This document shows positions 47,538-57,152 of a stretch of DNA of 64,000 nucleotides, in pieces. The stretch spans positions 133,869 through 197,868 of the forward strand of contig JACRFK010000004.1 in the NCBI GenBank assembly GCA_016217925.1, written 5' to 3'. The stretch's first letter is position 1, and every line of letters begins with the position of its first letter. The DNA comes from Candidatus Kaiserbacteria bacterium (lineage in GTDB: Bacteria > Patescibacteriota > Minisyncoccia > Phycocordibacterales > UBA2100). The notes below the pieces were generated by a model, which was given only the letters and a program-made list of their open reading frames with translations, had not been told where the DNA came from and did no database searches. The position numbers and the translations under genes are program-made.

Positions 47538-48658
47538 AATGCATCGATGAGGTACCGGCAAGCGAATTAAAAGGGAAGCGCGTACTTCTGCGTCTCGATA
47601 TCAACTTGCCCATTGGAGATGATGGCGAGGCTTCCGACGTTTTTCGTATCGAACAAGCGTGGAAGACCATACGCTATCTTGCCGAACGCGGTGCCCGTGT
47701 GATCATCGTTTCCCACTTTGGACGCGAAGGCGATTCCATCGAGCCGGTTGCGCGCGCTATGAAAAAATTCGGTGCCGCCGTATTTATTCCCGACCTTGTT
47801 GGCCCCATTGCCCGTGGTGCCGCGAAGTCCATGAAAGACGGCGAAATTGCACTCCTTGAGAATGTCCGCCGTGATGTGCGCGAGACCGAAAACGACGAAG
47901 GGTTTGCAAAAGAACTTGCCGCGCTTGCAGATATATACGTTGACGACGCGTTTGCCGCCGCGCACCGTGCTCACGCATCTATCGTCGGGGTGCCGAAATT
48001 CCTTCCTTCATACGCGGGATTGTTGATGCGGAACGAGGTAAGAGAGATTGATGCCGCCCGCGCGCCCGGGCACCCGTCACTCGCCATTCTTGGTGGTGCG
48101 AAATTCGAGACGAAAGCACCGCTCATTAAATTATTGCTCGAAAAATATGACCACGTGTTTATCACGGGCGCGCTTGCCAACGATGTCTTCAAGGCACGCG
48201 GACTTCCGGTCGGCCGCTCGCTCATTTCAAAGGAGCAGCCTGGTGAGGATATACTTTCGAATCCGCATTTCCTTGCTCCCGTCGATGTGACGACAGAAGC
48301 ATCCGACGGGCAGGCACGTGTAAAGAAACCGCAGGACGTGCAGCCTGACGATAAGATAGTAGACATCGGCCCCAGTACCGTCGCCATGCTCGCTCCGCAC
48401 ATTGCGGGTGCAAAATTCATTCTCTGGGCCGGCCCGACGGGCATGTACGAGAACGGTTACATCCACTATACACAAGCAATTGCGGAGCTCATTTCAAAAA
48501 ACGAAGGGAAAAAAGTCATCGGGGGCGGTGACACCATCGCCGCCATCGAAGCGACCGGCGTATCGCAAAAAGACCTCGGCTTCCTTTCGACCGGCGGCGG
48601 CGCCATGCTCGAATACTTGCTAAAGGGAACATTACCGGGAGTCGAGGCTCTTGGCTAG
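47534..48658 (+). CDS. pgk: phosphoglycerate kinase
   Basis: RLDINLP, SHFGR, LLENVR, AHRAHAS, GGGDT, STGGGA. Confidence 0.96.
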   Translation: MKCIDEVPASELKGKRVLLRLDINLPIGDDGEASDVFRIEQAWKTIRYLAERGARVIIVSHFGREGDSIEPVARAMKKFGAAVFIPDLVGPIARGAAKSMKDGEIALLENVRRDVRETENDEGFAKELAALADIYVDDAFAAAHRAHASIVGVPKFLPSYAGLLMRNEVREIDAARAPGHPSLAILGGAKFETKAPLIKLLLEKYDHVFITGALANDVFKARGLPVGRSLISKEQPGEDILSNPHFLAPVDVTTEASDGQARVKKPQDVQPDDKIVDIGPSTVAMLAPHIAGAKFILWAGPTGMYENGYIHYTQAIAELISKNEGKKVIGGGDTIAAIEATGVSQKDLGFLSTGGGAMLEYLLKGTLPGVEALG

Positions 48659-49071
48659 TGCAAAACTGCGCGGATTTTTTCTCCCGTTGCTTCGAATTCT
48701 CCCTCGGCATACGGCTTGCCGGGCCAGAGTGAGTGCGGGTCGCCCTTGAATCGCGGCATCACATGCACATGCGCGTGGAATATCACTTGCCCCGCGCCGG
48801 CGCGGTTGTTCATACCGAGATTAATGCCGTCAGTTTTCAGCGCTTTCTCCAGAGCATGCGCGACGATGCGCGATGTGCGCATGACGGCTACCCAATCAAG
48901 GTCGTCGATCTCAAAGACGTCGGTCGAGTGTTTTTTTGGAATGACAAGCGTATGACCGGGATTCACCGGGTTGATATCGAGAAATGCGAGCGTCTCATCG
49001 TCTTCATAGACGATCTGCGCGGGAAGTTCCCGTGCAACGATTTTGCAAAAAAGGCAATCTGCAGCACTCAT
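48655..49071 (-). CDS. HIT family hydrolase
   Basis: CLFCKI, AFLDINP, GHTLVIPK, HAHVHVMPR. Confidence 0.93.
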   Translation of the reverse strand: MSAADCLFCKIVARELPAQIVYEDDETLAFLDINPVNPGHTLVIPKKHSTDVFEIDDLDWVAVMRTSRIVAHALEKALKTDGINLGMNNRAGAGQVIFHAHVHVMPRFKGDPHSLWPGKPYAEGEFEATGEKIRAVLH

Positions 49072-49157
49072 GTATCCAGTATACCCTGTGAGGTATGGAC
49101 TTTCACATGTCGCACAGGCCCGAACATCTTATCGCATGGGGTATACAATAGGACATC

Positions 49158-50861
49158 ATGCATGACCTTGTTGTAAGACTTCTTGCAAAACGGGGGATTA
49201 CCGAAGCCGCTGCGGTCGCGGCGTTTTTGAATCCGGATTATGAGCTGCACACGCACTCGCCTTTTTTGTTACGGGGAATGGATGTTGCCGTCGCCCGCGT
49301 GTTTGACGCGATGGAGAAAAACGAACGGGTTGCGGTGTATGCAGACTTTGATTGCGACGGGATTCCCGGTGCGGCCCTCCTTTCAGACCTTTTCAACAAA
49401 ATAGAGTACAAGAACTTCGAAGTGTATCTGCCACATCGCGACAGGGAAGGATACGGGTTTCATACGGAAGCAATTGAAACGCTTGCGGGGCAGGGAGTAA
49501 AACTCATCATCACCGTCGACGTCGGCACGACCGCATTTGACGCGGTCGCGTTCGCCAAGGAAAAAGGAGTTGATGTCATTGTGACCGACCACCACGAGCC
49601 CATTAGAGAGCCTTCGGCCTCTAACGGGCCAGGAATACCCGGGGCACTACCGGGTGCAGTTGCGATGCTTAATCCAAAACTGGCACCGTACCCCTTTCCG
49701 CATTTGTGTGGCGCGGCGGTCGCCTTCAAGCTCGCACAAGCAATTCTTGCGGAGGGCCACAAGAGGGAATTGAAACAATTCGAAGCAATTCCCCAGGGCT
49801 GGGAAAAATGGCTCCTCGATATGGTCGCGATCGCGACTGTTGCAGATATGGTCCCGCTCGTCGGAGAAAATCGTGCACTCACACACTGGGGCTTGCAAGT
49901 CTTGCGCAAATCACCGCGGCCGGGGATACAAGCGCTTTGTGCAAAATTGCGATTACGTCAGTCAGAACTTTCCGAAAGTGATATCGGCTTCTCTATCGCT
50001 CCGCGCGTGAACGCCGCATCCCGGATGGATGAGCCCGACTTGGCACTACAGCTTCTCATCACGCGCGACGTTGCCGAAGCCGAGCATCTGGCGGCGCAAC
50101 TTGAAAAATTGAATACACGCAGGAAAAGCGTGGTCGCAAGTTTGGTAAAACAGGCGCGCACACATGTGAAAGAGCGGTACAAAGATGATGAACGTGTCGT
50201 CGTCGTGGGCAATCCCGAATGGAAACCGGCGCTCCTCGGCCTTGCCGCCAACTCCGTCATGTCGGACAGAGGCGGCGTCGTGTGCATGTGGGGACGCGAT
50301 GTGAACGGAAAATTGAAAGGCTCGTGCCGCTCGGACGGCGACGTTTCGGTTCTCGAACTTTTTGAGAATGCCGGAGATGTGTTCGAGGAATACGGAGGAC
50401 ATGCTGCATCCTGTGGCTTCACCGTTTCACACGAGCGCGTGCATCAATTGGGGGAGGCGCTTGCGCGTGCCGCAGAAAAATTGCCGCCTCGCGTAGATGG
50501 AGTCGCACTCGAACACGACGTGTCCGTCACCCTTTCCGATATTTCGTCGGCGTTCTTTAAAGAGGTTTCGAAGCTTGCCCCATTCGGCATCGGCAATCCG
50601 AAACCCATCTTTCTTTTGAACAACACGACCATCGTCGGGGTGAAACGTTTCGGCAAGGAAAATAATCACGTAGAGGTTATGCTCGAATGCCGCGCGAGCG
50701 GGAACTCCGCTCGCGCGTTCGAATTTTTCAAATCACCCGGCGATTTTTCTCTTGAGCCAGCTCCGGGACAATTTGCGAGCCTCCTTGCGACCATCGAGCG
50801 CGACTCCTACCGCGGTGGGCTTGCGCTCAGGATTGTTGATATCGTTCCCGTGTCGGTATAA
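49158..50861 (+). CDS. recJ: single-stranded DNA exonuclease RecJ
   Basis: DFDCDG, TVDVG, TDHH, PRVNAASR, GGHAASCG, PFGIGNPKP. Confidence 0.93.
   Translation: MHDLVVRLLAKRGITEAAAVAAFLNPDYELHTHSPFLLRGMDVAVARVFDAMEKNERVAVYADFDCDGIPGAALLSDLFNKIEYKNFEVYLPHRDREGYGFHTEAIETLAGQGVKLIITVDVGTTAFDAVAFAKEKGVDVIVTDHHEPIREPSASNGPGIPGALPGAVAMLNPKLAPYPFPHLCGAAVAFKLAQAILAEGHKRELKQFEAIPQGWEKWLLDMVAIATVADMVPLVGENRALTHWGLQVLRKSPRPGIQALCAKLRLRQSELSESDIGFSIAPRVNAASRMDEPDLALQLLITRDVAEAEHLAAQLEKLNTRRKSVVASLVKQARTHVKERYKDDERVVVVGNPEWKPALLGLAANSVMSDRGGVVCMWGRDVNGKLKGSCRSDGDVSVLELFENAGDVFEEYGGHAASCGFTVSHERVHQLGEALARAAEKLPPRVDGVALEHDVSVTLSDISSAFFKEVSKLAPFGIGNPKPIFLLNNTTIVGVKRFGKENNHVEVMLECRASGNSARAFEFFKSPGDFSLEPAPGQFASLLATIERDSYRGGLALRIVDIVPVSV
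49598..49629. repeat. TCTAACGGG family element in-frame in recJ
   Basis: gcccattagag-agccttcggc-ctctaacgggc directly after the DHH motif. Confidence 0.6.
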
Positions 50862-50870
50862 TGCGGACTC

Positions 50871-51281
50871 ATGGCTAAACAAGTCGTTATCTACACTGAT
50901 GGAGGTGCCCGAAATAATCCGGGGCCCGCGGGTGCCGGCGTCGTCATCATTGATGAAAAGAAGAAAGTCACACTGAAAAAATATCTCGGAAGTCAGACCA
51001 ATAATTGGGCAGAGTACGAGGCCGTAGTACTCGCGCTTTCAGAGGCGAAGAGGCTCGGGCTCGGCGGGCGCCCTCTAGAAGTGCGTATGGATAGCAAGCT
51101 CGTCGTTGAGCAAATTCTCGGCAATTGGAAAATAAAAGAACCGACGCTCAAGCCACAGGCTGCGAAAGTTCGCGCGCTGCTCGCGGCAGATTTTCCAAAA
51201 TATCATTTCGTACACATTCCGCGCGAGGAAAACGCCGAGGCGGATGCGCTCGTCAATGAGGTGCTAGATTCATCCCGTTAG
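50871..51281 (+). CDS. rnhA: ribonuclease HI family protein
   Basis: YTDGGARNNPGPAG, TNNWAEY, DSKLVV, IPREENAEADAL. Confidence 0.92.
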   Translation: MAKQVVIYTDGGARNNPGPAGAGVVIIDEKKKVTLKKYLGSQTNNWAEYEAVVLALSEAKRLGLGGRPLEVRMDSKLVVEQILGNWKIKEPTLKPQAAKVRALLAADFPKYHFVHIPREENAEADALVNEVLDSSR

Positions 51282-51340
51282 AAATAGCGCGCCCCAAAGG
51301 CCCGTCGGGCGTGCAAGCACGGGCGCGATTTCTAACGGGA
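51273..51340. repeat. CCCGTTAGA/TCTAACGGG family element supplying the rnhA stop codon
   Basis: tcccgttagaaat...atttctaacggga perfect 13-bp inverted ends. Confidence 0.7.
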
Positions 51341-51369
51341 CGGGGTGGTGTATTTTTCTTGATAATCTC

Positions 51370-52866
51370 ATGAACATGTCTGTCAATGTCTTATGGGCAC
51401 TCGTCGGAGGATTCTTGGTGGGAGTCTTTGCGCGCTCATTCTTTTTGGTGCCGTGGCCATTTGCGGCTTTTTTATTCTTACTTTCCCTCGGCGCGCTCGC
51501 CCTCGCATACTTCGAAAGGTCAAAATGGCAGCAGTTGGTAGTCGTTTCGGTCGCGCTCACCGCATGTGCCGCAGGGATTTTTCGCATGGATCTGGCCTCG
51601 TTGCGCGGTGCTCCGGAACTCACCTCGCATCTCGGGGAGACGGTGACCGTCGAAGGTTTGGTCGTTGACGAGCCGGATGTTCGCGAAAGCAACATGCGGC
51701 TGCACATACGCGTTGGGGAAACCGGCGTACTCGCCACGGTGCCGCCGCATACGGAAGTGCACTACGGCGACATCGTCCGCGCTAAAGGCAAGCTCGGATT
51801 GCCGGAGAATTTCGACACAACTCTCGGTAGGCAATTTAATTATCCGATGTATCTCGCCAAAGACGGGATCGTATACACGCTCTCGTTTGCGCAAGCCGAT
51901 ACGGTAGCGAAAGGGCACAGCAACTTCCTGAGAACGGCGGCGATTTGGACAAAGCAGCAGTATCTGAAAGGGTTGCAAGTAGTTTTGCCGGAGCCGGAAT
52001 CGGGACTTGCCGGTGGCATTACGGTGGGAGACAAGCGCGGAGTGGGAAAGGAGTACTCGGACATTTTTATTGTCGTCGGGCTTGTGCACATCATCGTGCT
52101 TTCCGGATACAACATAACCGTCGTGATGAACTTGGTCGGGAAGTTGCTCGCGGGCGCATCGCGCGTGGTACAACTCTCGACGAGCGTACTCATCGTTGTG
52201 TTCATTGTGCTCATGACGGGCATGGCGCCAAGTGCGACACGTGCCGGCGCGATGGCGCTCCTCCCGCTCGTCGCGCGCATGACGGGGCGCATGTATCTGG
52301 CGCTCCGCGCGCTTGGGGTCGTCGCACTCGTGATGGTGCTTTGGAATCCGTATATCCTCGCGTTTGACCCGGGATTCCAATTATCCGTACTCGCAACACT
52401 CGGACTCGTGCTTTTCTCGCCCGTATTTGCGCAGTGGCTGTATTGGATACCGGAAAAATTCGCACTGCGCGAGATCGCCGCCTCGACACTCGGTACGCAA
52501 ATGACGGTATTGCCACTCTTGTTGTATCAAAATGGGCTTCTCTCGCTCGTCGCATTGCCCGCGAACCTCCTTGCGCTCATCGTGGTGCCGCTCGCGATGG
52601 CACTCTCTGTCATCTCCGCGATGGCGGGGATATTGTTCGGCTTGCCCGCCCTGAGCGCAGTCGAAGGGTTTGGGACGTTCATCGCATTTCCTGCATATGT
52701 ATTGCTCGCGTATATCATCAAAGTTGCTGAACTTTTCGCCGCGTTGCCATTTTCCGCGGTATCGGTCGCCGCGTTCAGCGCGTGGTGGATGTTTGGAGCG
52801 TACGCGCTCATGTTCGGCGGGTTGTGGTCCATGAAAAAAGGCACGACCGATGGTCGCGCCTTTTAA
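51370..52866 (+). CDS. comEC: ComEC/Rec2 competence channel (membrane part)
   Basis: GLVHIIVLSGYNI, PSATRA, DPGFQLSVLAT, LPANLL. Confidence 0.9.
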   Translation: MNMSVNVLWALVGGFLVGVFARSFFLVPWPFAAFLFLLSLGALALAYFERSKWQQLVVVSVALTACAAGIFRMDLASLRGAPELTSHLGETVTVEGLVVDEPDVRESNMRLHIRVGETGVLATVPPHTEVHYGDIVRAKGKLGLPENFDTTLGRQFNYPMYLAKDGIVYTLSFAQADTVAKGHSNFLRTAAIWTKQQYLKGLQVVLPEPESGLAGGITVGDKRGVGKEYSDIFIVVGLVHIIVLSGYNITVVMNLVGKLLAGASRVVQLSTSVLIVVFIVLMTGMAPSATRAGAMALLPLVARMTGRMYLALRALGVVALVMVLWNPYILAFDPGFQLSVLATLGLVLFSPVFAQWLYWIPEKFALREIAASTLGTQMTVLPLLLYQNGLLSLVALPANLLALIVVPLAMALSVISAMAGILFGLPALSAVEGFGTFIAFPAYVLLAYIIKVAELFAALPFSAVSVAAFSAWWMFGAYALMFGGLWSMKKGTTDGRAF

Positions 52867-52939
52867 CGTTAGCTTTTAGAGACGATTACCCAGTAGGCGA
52901 ATCAGCTGATTCGTGGCTAGGCCATAACCTTGTACTCAA

Positions 52940-53365
52940 TCACATCGAGGACCCCTTCGGTTGCATGTACCAACCCAAGGCTGCTGCGGGAATTATCCAG
53001 TAGCCGGCCAAGACGAGGGTGGACCAATTAGCGAGGAATGGCCAGAAGTTGGGGAGTACCCCCGCGACCGCCGAGAGCGAGCCCGTTTGTGCCAAAACTC
53101 CTGCGACGCCGGTAATGAAGGCGGCTGCAATCGTGACGACAAACCCTGTAGCACCGAAAATGGCACCACTCTTTAGATCGCGTGCGCCGTACCACCAGGT
53201 AAGGAGCCCCACGAGGACAGCCGAGAGGACGACGAACGTTATGTATTGAGGAGTGAGCATTCCTCCGCTTGCCGATGCCGGAACGAGCGCGACCAAGGCC
53301 GCAATGACCGTATTTATCAAATAATTGCCCAAAAACGCCACTAAAATCGCTCTATCAACGTTCAT
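52940..53365 (-). CDS. multi-TM hypothetical membrane protein
   Basis: Four hydrophobic helices. Confidence 0.7.
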   Translation of the reverse strand: MNVDRAILVAFLGNYLINTVIAALVALVPASASGGMLTPQYITFVVLSAVLVGLLTWWYGARDLKSGAIFGATGFVVTIAAAFITGVAGVLAQTGSLSAVAGVLPNFWPFLANWSTLVLAGYWIIPAAALGWYMQPKGSSM

Positions 53366-53553
53366 AATGTATATATGATTATCCTAATGTCCTAAGGATA
53401 CCATGTATCCAGGGGCGCAAGCCCCTTCTCCACACAGGCAAAAAACGGGCCGGCGTCGCCGCCGGCCCGATGGATTCGCGACTGATGACATCGCCGCGTC
53501 GTATTTTGTGGGCTCCGCCTGCCCATTGCTGTCTGACTCATCGGCCGCTCAGG

Positions 53554-53958
53554 TCAAGCAATCGGCAGTACTTCGGCCTTGGAATTGCCGATGCCGGAGT
53601 CGTCCATCGGTGGGCTGCCGCCGACCTCGTCCGGTTTCTTCGGCGGCCAAACGTCCTCAACCGTGTAGGACTTCTTCGGTTCAGCGTTGCGCTTTTGCTC
53701 CGACGCGACCCACGTGAGCGCGGCTTGAACATCTGCCTCGTTGCCGAGTCCAATCAGATCGGCACTGACGACGATGCTCTTGGCGAAGGCCTCGTGCTCC
53801 TTCGGAACAGCCGTCCCTTTTAGCAGCTTGCAGGCGCCGCGAAACTCATCCTGCACGGTCTGCAAATTATTGCCGCCGTTGTACTGGGCGGCGATATCCT
53901 CGAACACGTCGCTGCGTTCGTGCAACGGCGGAGGCTTCGTCTGATTGGTTTCGGCCAT
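53554..53958 (-). CDS. hypothetical protein
   Basis: GAGAGG SD; hairpin terminator downstream. Confidence 0.5.
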   Translation of the reverse strand: MAETNQTKPPPLHERSDVFEDIAAQYNGGNNLQTVQDEFRGACKLLKGTAVPKEHEAFAKSIVVSADLIGLGNEADVQAALTWVASEQKRNAEPKKSYTVEDVWPPKKPDEVGGSPPMDDSGIGNSKAEVLPIA

Positions 53959-54055
53959 GGCCGTATCCTCTCTAGCTAGCGAGAACAACCCATGTCGACA
54001 TGGGGCTTCACAGGATGCGAAGCCCAAAGACTATATGCCCGCGGCAACCGACTGT

Positions 54056-54646
54056 CTATTTCTGCGCTTCATCGAACCGTTTTTCTATCACGCTCCAATT
54101 GAGGTTTTTGAAGAACGCGTCTATATATTTGCCCTTGCCCGTCGCACCGTAATCGAGGAGAAATGCGTGTTCCCATACGTCGAGCGCAAGGAGTATGGGA
54201 AGCGTCACGAAATGTCCCTGGTGCTGCTCGCCGGAAAATCCCGAGAGGAGCTCGTCTCCTTTTTTGTCGTAGTACAAAATCGCCCAGCCGGGCCCGCGCA
54301 TGTTGCCAATCTTCGTCATGACCTCGACGACGTCTTTCGGTTTGTATGTCTTTTGGAGCGCCTTCCCGAGCGCGCCACCCGCCGCAAGCTCTTTGGCGCC
54401 ACCCTCAAACTGCTCGAAGTAGTGCTCATGCAGCCGCATGCCGTCGAATTCAAATGAACGGCGGCGGATGAGCTCGGCGACGGGATGCATATTTTTCTCC
54501 CAATCTTCCATAGCGAGTTCCGCAATCTGTTTGGATATCGCATTAAAATTCTTTACATAGCCTTCGTAGAGCCCGATGTGCTGCTTCACGGATTCATCCG
54601 AAATGCCTTCGAGCGAGGGGAGAGTAAACTTTTTTGCTTCGTACAT
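54056..54646 (-). CDS. sod: Fe/Mn superoxide dismutase
   Basis: QHIGLYEGYV, LHEHYF, GWAIL, DVWEHAF metal ligands. Confidence 0.9.
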   Translation of the reverse strand: MYEAKKFTLPSLEGISDESVKQHIGLYEGYVKNFNAISKQIAELAMEDWEKNMHPVAELIRRRSFEFDGMRLHEHYFEQFEGGAKELAAGGALGKALQKTYKPKDVVEVMTKIGNMRGPGWAILYYDKKGDELLSGFSGEQHQGHFVTLPILLALDVWEHAFLLDYGATGKGKYIDAFFKNLNWSVIEKRFDEAQK

Positions 54647-54719
54647 ATACGGCTAGTATATCATCGCGGTCCGTGAAGGCACGCTGAAAAAGAAGAAACC
54701 CGGGGCGGCCGGCCGGGTT

Positions 54720-55451
54720 TCAAGCAGAAAGGATCATTTTTTGAAGTTTTCCATTCTCCGCACCGAGGTCGAACGGCTTTTCGACCCGATACGGCTCATG
54801 TCCGAAGTAGACGGTCATCCGGCGCCCGCGTTTTGCGAAGAGGTGGAAAATACTTCCCCAGAAATGGAGTTTCCGTTCCACTCCCGGCACGTCGATCCAC
54901 ACAGGAAGCACAAGCGCCCCGCCCAGCGAAGCAAGCAACGGTAGGCCGGTTTCCCTCACCGGCCGCATACGACGCCCGTTCATTTCGACGAACACAACTT
55001 CTGAATTGTCGTCGTCGAACGTTCGCGTGCCTTCCGCAAATATGAGAATGTTGCCACCCGCTTTCAACACGCGGGCAGCCGCAGCGGCAGCGTGCACCTT
55101 CTTCACCGTGCTATCGCGGTCGACTTGGATACATCGCAGTCTCCTACGAAGCAGTGCCGTCGGGACAAGTCTTTCCCGGGGCATGTTCCAGACGAAGAAG
55201 CGCGGGTTCACGAAATAGTGACGATGAAATATCGCTGACATCAGGAAGGGACTGAGCCCCTCCGGATGGTTGGCTGCGATAATGACGCCACCTTCACGCA
55301 GCGCCCGCACAGCAGGTCCGTATCCTTCGACGCGCACCTTGCCGCAGGCGCGCAACAGGATGTATCCAATGGCCAGAAACAAGCCGAACGTCCACGCAAT
55401 CGCGTAGCCGTTCAGCCAATCGGGGCCGAGTAGCTTTTTCATGCGAAGCAT
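54720..55451 (-). CDS. PlsC-like lysophospholipid acyltransferase family protein
   Basis: IIAANHP, IFAEGTRT, VLPVWI. Confidence 0.75.
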   Translation of the reverse strand: MLRMKKLLGPDWLNGYAIAWTFGLFLAIGYILLRACGKVRVEGYGPAVRALREGGVIIAANHPEGLSPFLMSAIFHRHYFVNPRFFVWNMPRERLVPTALLRRRLRCIQVDRDSTVKKVHAAAAAARVLKAGGNILIFAEGTRTFDDDNSEVVFVEMNGRRMRPVRETGLPLLASLGGALVLPVWIDVPGVERKLHFWGSIFHLFAKRGRRMTVYFGHEPYRVEKPFDLGAENGKLQKMILSA

Positions 55452-55538
55452 GACGTTCTCCTAAGACCTCTATGGTCCGACGGGCATAGTAGCAACCAGA
55501 TGTCGACGGTCAACGATAGTGCGGGCTATACTTTGGCC

Positions 55539-56393
55539 ATGCGAAAAAGCGTGCGGATAAAAGGGGCGGCGATAGTTGTACTTCTCCTTGCCACGCTCTG
55601 CATCTGGTACGCGGCAATACAGGAAGACCACCGCGGCTTTCTCGCTGTTTCTTTCCTTGATATCGGCCAGGGCGATTCCATTTTCATCCAAGTGCCTTCA
55701 GGCAGGCAGGTCCTTGTCGACGGCGGCGCGAACACAAGCGTGTTGCGCCAGCTTTCGCGTGTGATGCCTTGGTACGACCGTTCAATTGATGTCGTTATTT
55801 CTACTCACCCGGATGCCGACCACATCGGCGGACTCATAGATGTGCTCGCGCGGTATAAAGTGGATACCGTCGTTCACTCAAGCGTCGAAGGGGATACGAA
55901 AACATTCGCCGCCTTCAACCGCGCGATGGTGGACGAGCACGCACAAGAGGTTGTCGCTATCCGCGGACAAATTGTTGACCTCGGTAGAGGGGCGTACCTC
56001 CAAATACTTTCTCCCGACCGGCCCGTGCCACATGAAGATACCAACGATGGTTGCGTCGTGGCGCGGCTCGTCTACGGAACGACCGCATTCATGCTTTCGT
56101 GCGACGCGCCGCAATCTATTGAAAATTATCTCGTAGCCCTCGGCACGTCTACCCTCAAATCAAATGTCTTGAAAGCCGGACACCACGGCTCTAAGACTTC
56201 TTCGTCACCGCTTTTCCTCGGATATGTCGCGCCTGAGTACGGCGTATTCTCCCGCGGCTGCGACAACAGCTACGGGCACCCCGCGCCGGAAATCGTCGCG
56301 CGCTTCGCGCAATTCGGCATCCCGACATTCGATACCTGCAAAGACGGCACGGTTACATTCGTGTCCGATGGAAAGACCGTGAGGAGGAATTAG
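55539..56393 (+). CDS. ComEC-associated metallo-beta-lactamase-fold nuclease
   Basis: FLDIGQGDS, THPDADHIGG, LKAGHHGS, YGHP. Confidence 0.9.
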   Translation: MRKSVRIKGAAIVVLLLATLCIWYAAIQEDHRGFLAVSFLDIGQGDSIFIQVPSGRQVLVDGGANTSVLRQLSRVMPWYDRSIDVVISTHPDADHIGGLIDVLARYKVDTVVHSSVEGDTKTFAAFNRAMVDEHAQEVVAIRGQIVDLGRGAYLQILSPDRPVPHEDTNDGCVVARLVYGTTAFMLSCDAPQSIENYLVALGTSTLKSNVLKAGHHGSKTSSSPLFLGYVAPEYGVFSRGCDNSYGHPAPEIVARFAQFGIPTFDTCKDGTVTFVSDGKTVRRN

Positions 56394-56632
56394 ACGAGGC
56401 CGGCTTTCTTTAAGGTCTGGAAGGCGCCGCGCTTCTGCATCGTCTTCAGGCCTTTGGCCGAGACGCGCACGGTGATTTTCTTTCCGAGTTCGGGGATAAA
56501 AAGCGTTTTTGTCTGAAAATTGACCTGGCGGCGGCGTTTGCCCGTCGGGTTGAATTTGGTCGCGCGGACGCGGTTGGAATACCCGCCTCCCACTTGAGAC
56601 TTTTTGCCTGTTATGTCGCAGACGCGTGCCAT
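56390..56632 (-). CDS. rpmB: 50S ribosomal protein L28
   Basis: MARVCDITGK, VNFQTK, VRVSAKGLKT. Confidence 0.9.
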   Translation of the reverse strand: MARVCDITGKKSQVGGGYSNRVRATKFNPTGKRRRQVNFQTKTLFIPELGKKITVRVSAKGLKTMQKRGAFQTLKKAGLV

Positions 56633-56672
56633 AAGAAGACGCATGCTAGCATGGGGAAGCTAAAACGCAAAA

Positions 56673-57130
56673 TAATTTACAATTTTGCAATTTACAATTT
56701 TCAATCAATTTCCAATGGAACAAGCTTCAAACAAGAAGCAATACGACCTCGAGGAGCGGACGGCCGTTTTTGGTGAATCTGTCATCGGTCTGTGCAAACA
56801 GGTGCGACATGATGCGGTTACGAAGCCGATCGTTAATCAGTTGATCAGGTCCGGTACCAGTATCGGGGCAAACTACATGGAAGCCAACGGTGCCAGCTCA
56901 AAGCGGGACTTCATCAACAAAATCTTTATCTGCAAAAAAGAAGCTCAAGAAACGAAACACTGGCTCCGCATGCTTGCGAGTTGTTTGCCGGAAAAGGGCG
57001 TGGCGATACGTACTCTGTGGAAAGAGTGTCAGGAGCTCACCCTCATTTTTCAGAAAATTGCCGCTTCCTCGCGTTTGAAAATTGAGCCTTGAGCCTTCAA
57101 TGAAAATTGTGAATTGTAAATTGAAAATTA
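56673..57130. repeat. inverted heptamer (CAATTTA/TTGAAAA) arrays enclosing the four-helix-bundle gene
   Basis: 56673-56715 versus 57075-57130 form an imperfect inverted repeat of about 30 bp. Confidence 0.7.
56715..57092 (+). CDS. four helix bundle protein (23S rRNA IVS-protein family)
   Basis: QLIRSGTSIGANYMEA, SKRDF, KEAQETKHWL. Confidence 0.9.
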   Translation: MEQASNKKQYDLEERTAVFGESVIGLCKQVRHDAVTKPIVNQLIRSGTSIGANYMEANGASSKRDFINKIFICKKEAQETKHWLRMLASCLPEKGVAIRTLWKECQELTLIFQKIAASSRLKIEP

Positions 57131-57152
57131 ATATTCTGGTATAGTGTCTGTC

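Noticed and set aside
53357-53385. dif-like CATAATGTATAT
   Set aside because: The XerD arm does not match and the site overlaps a start codon in AT-rich sequence
56715-57092. Diversity-generating retroelement (Avd-like gene)
   Set aside because: No reverse transcriptase and no adenine-mismatched TR/VR pair seen
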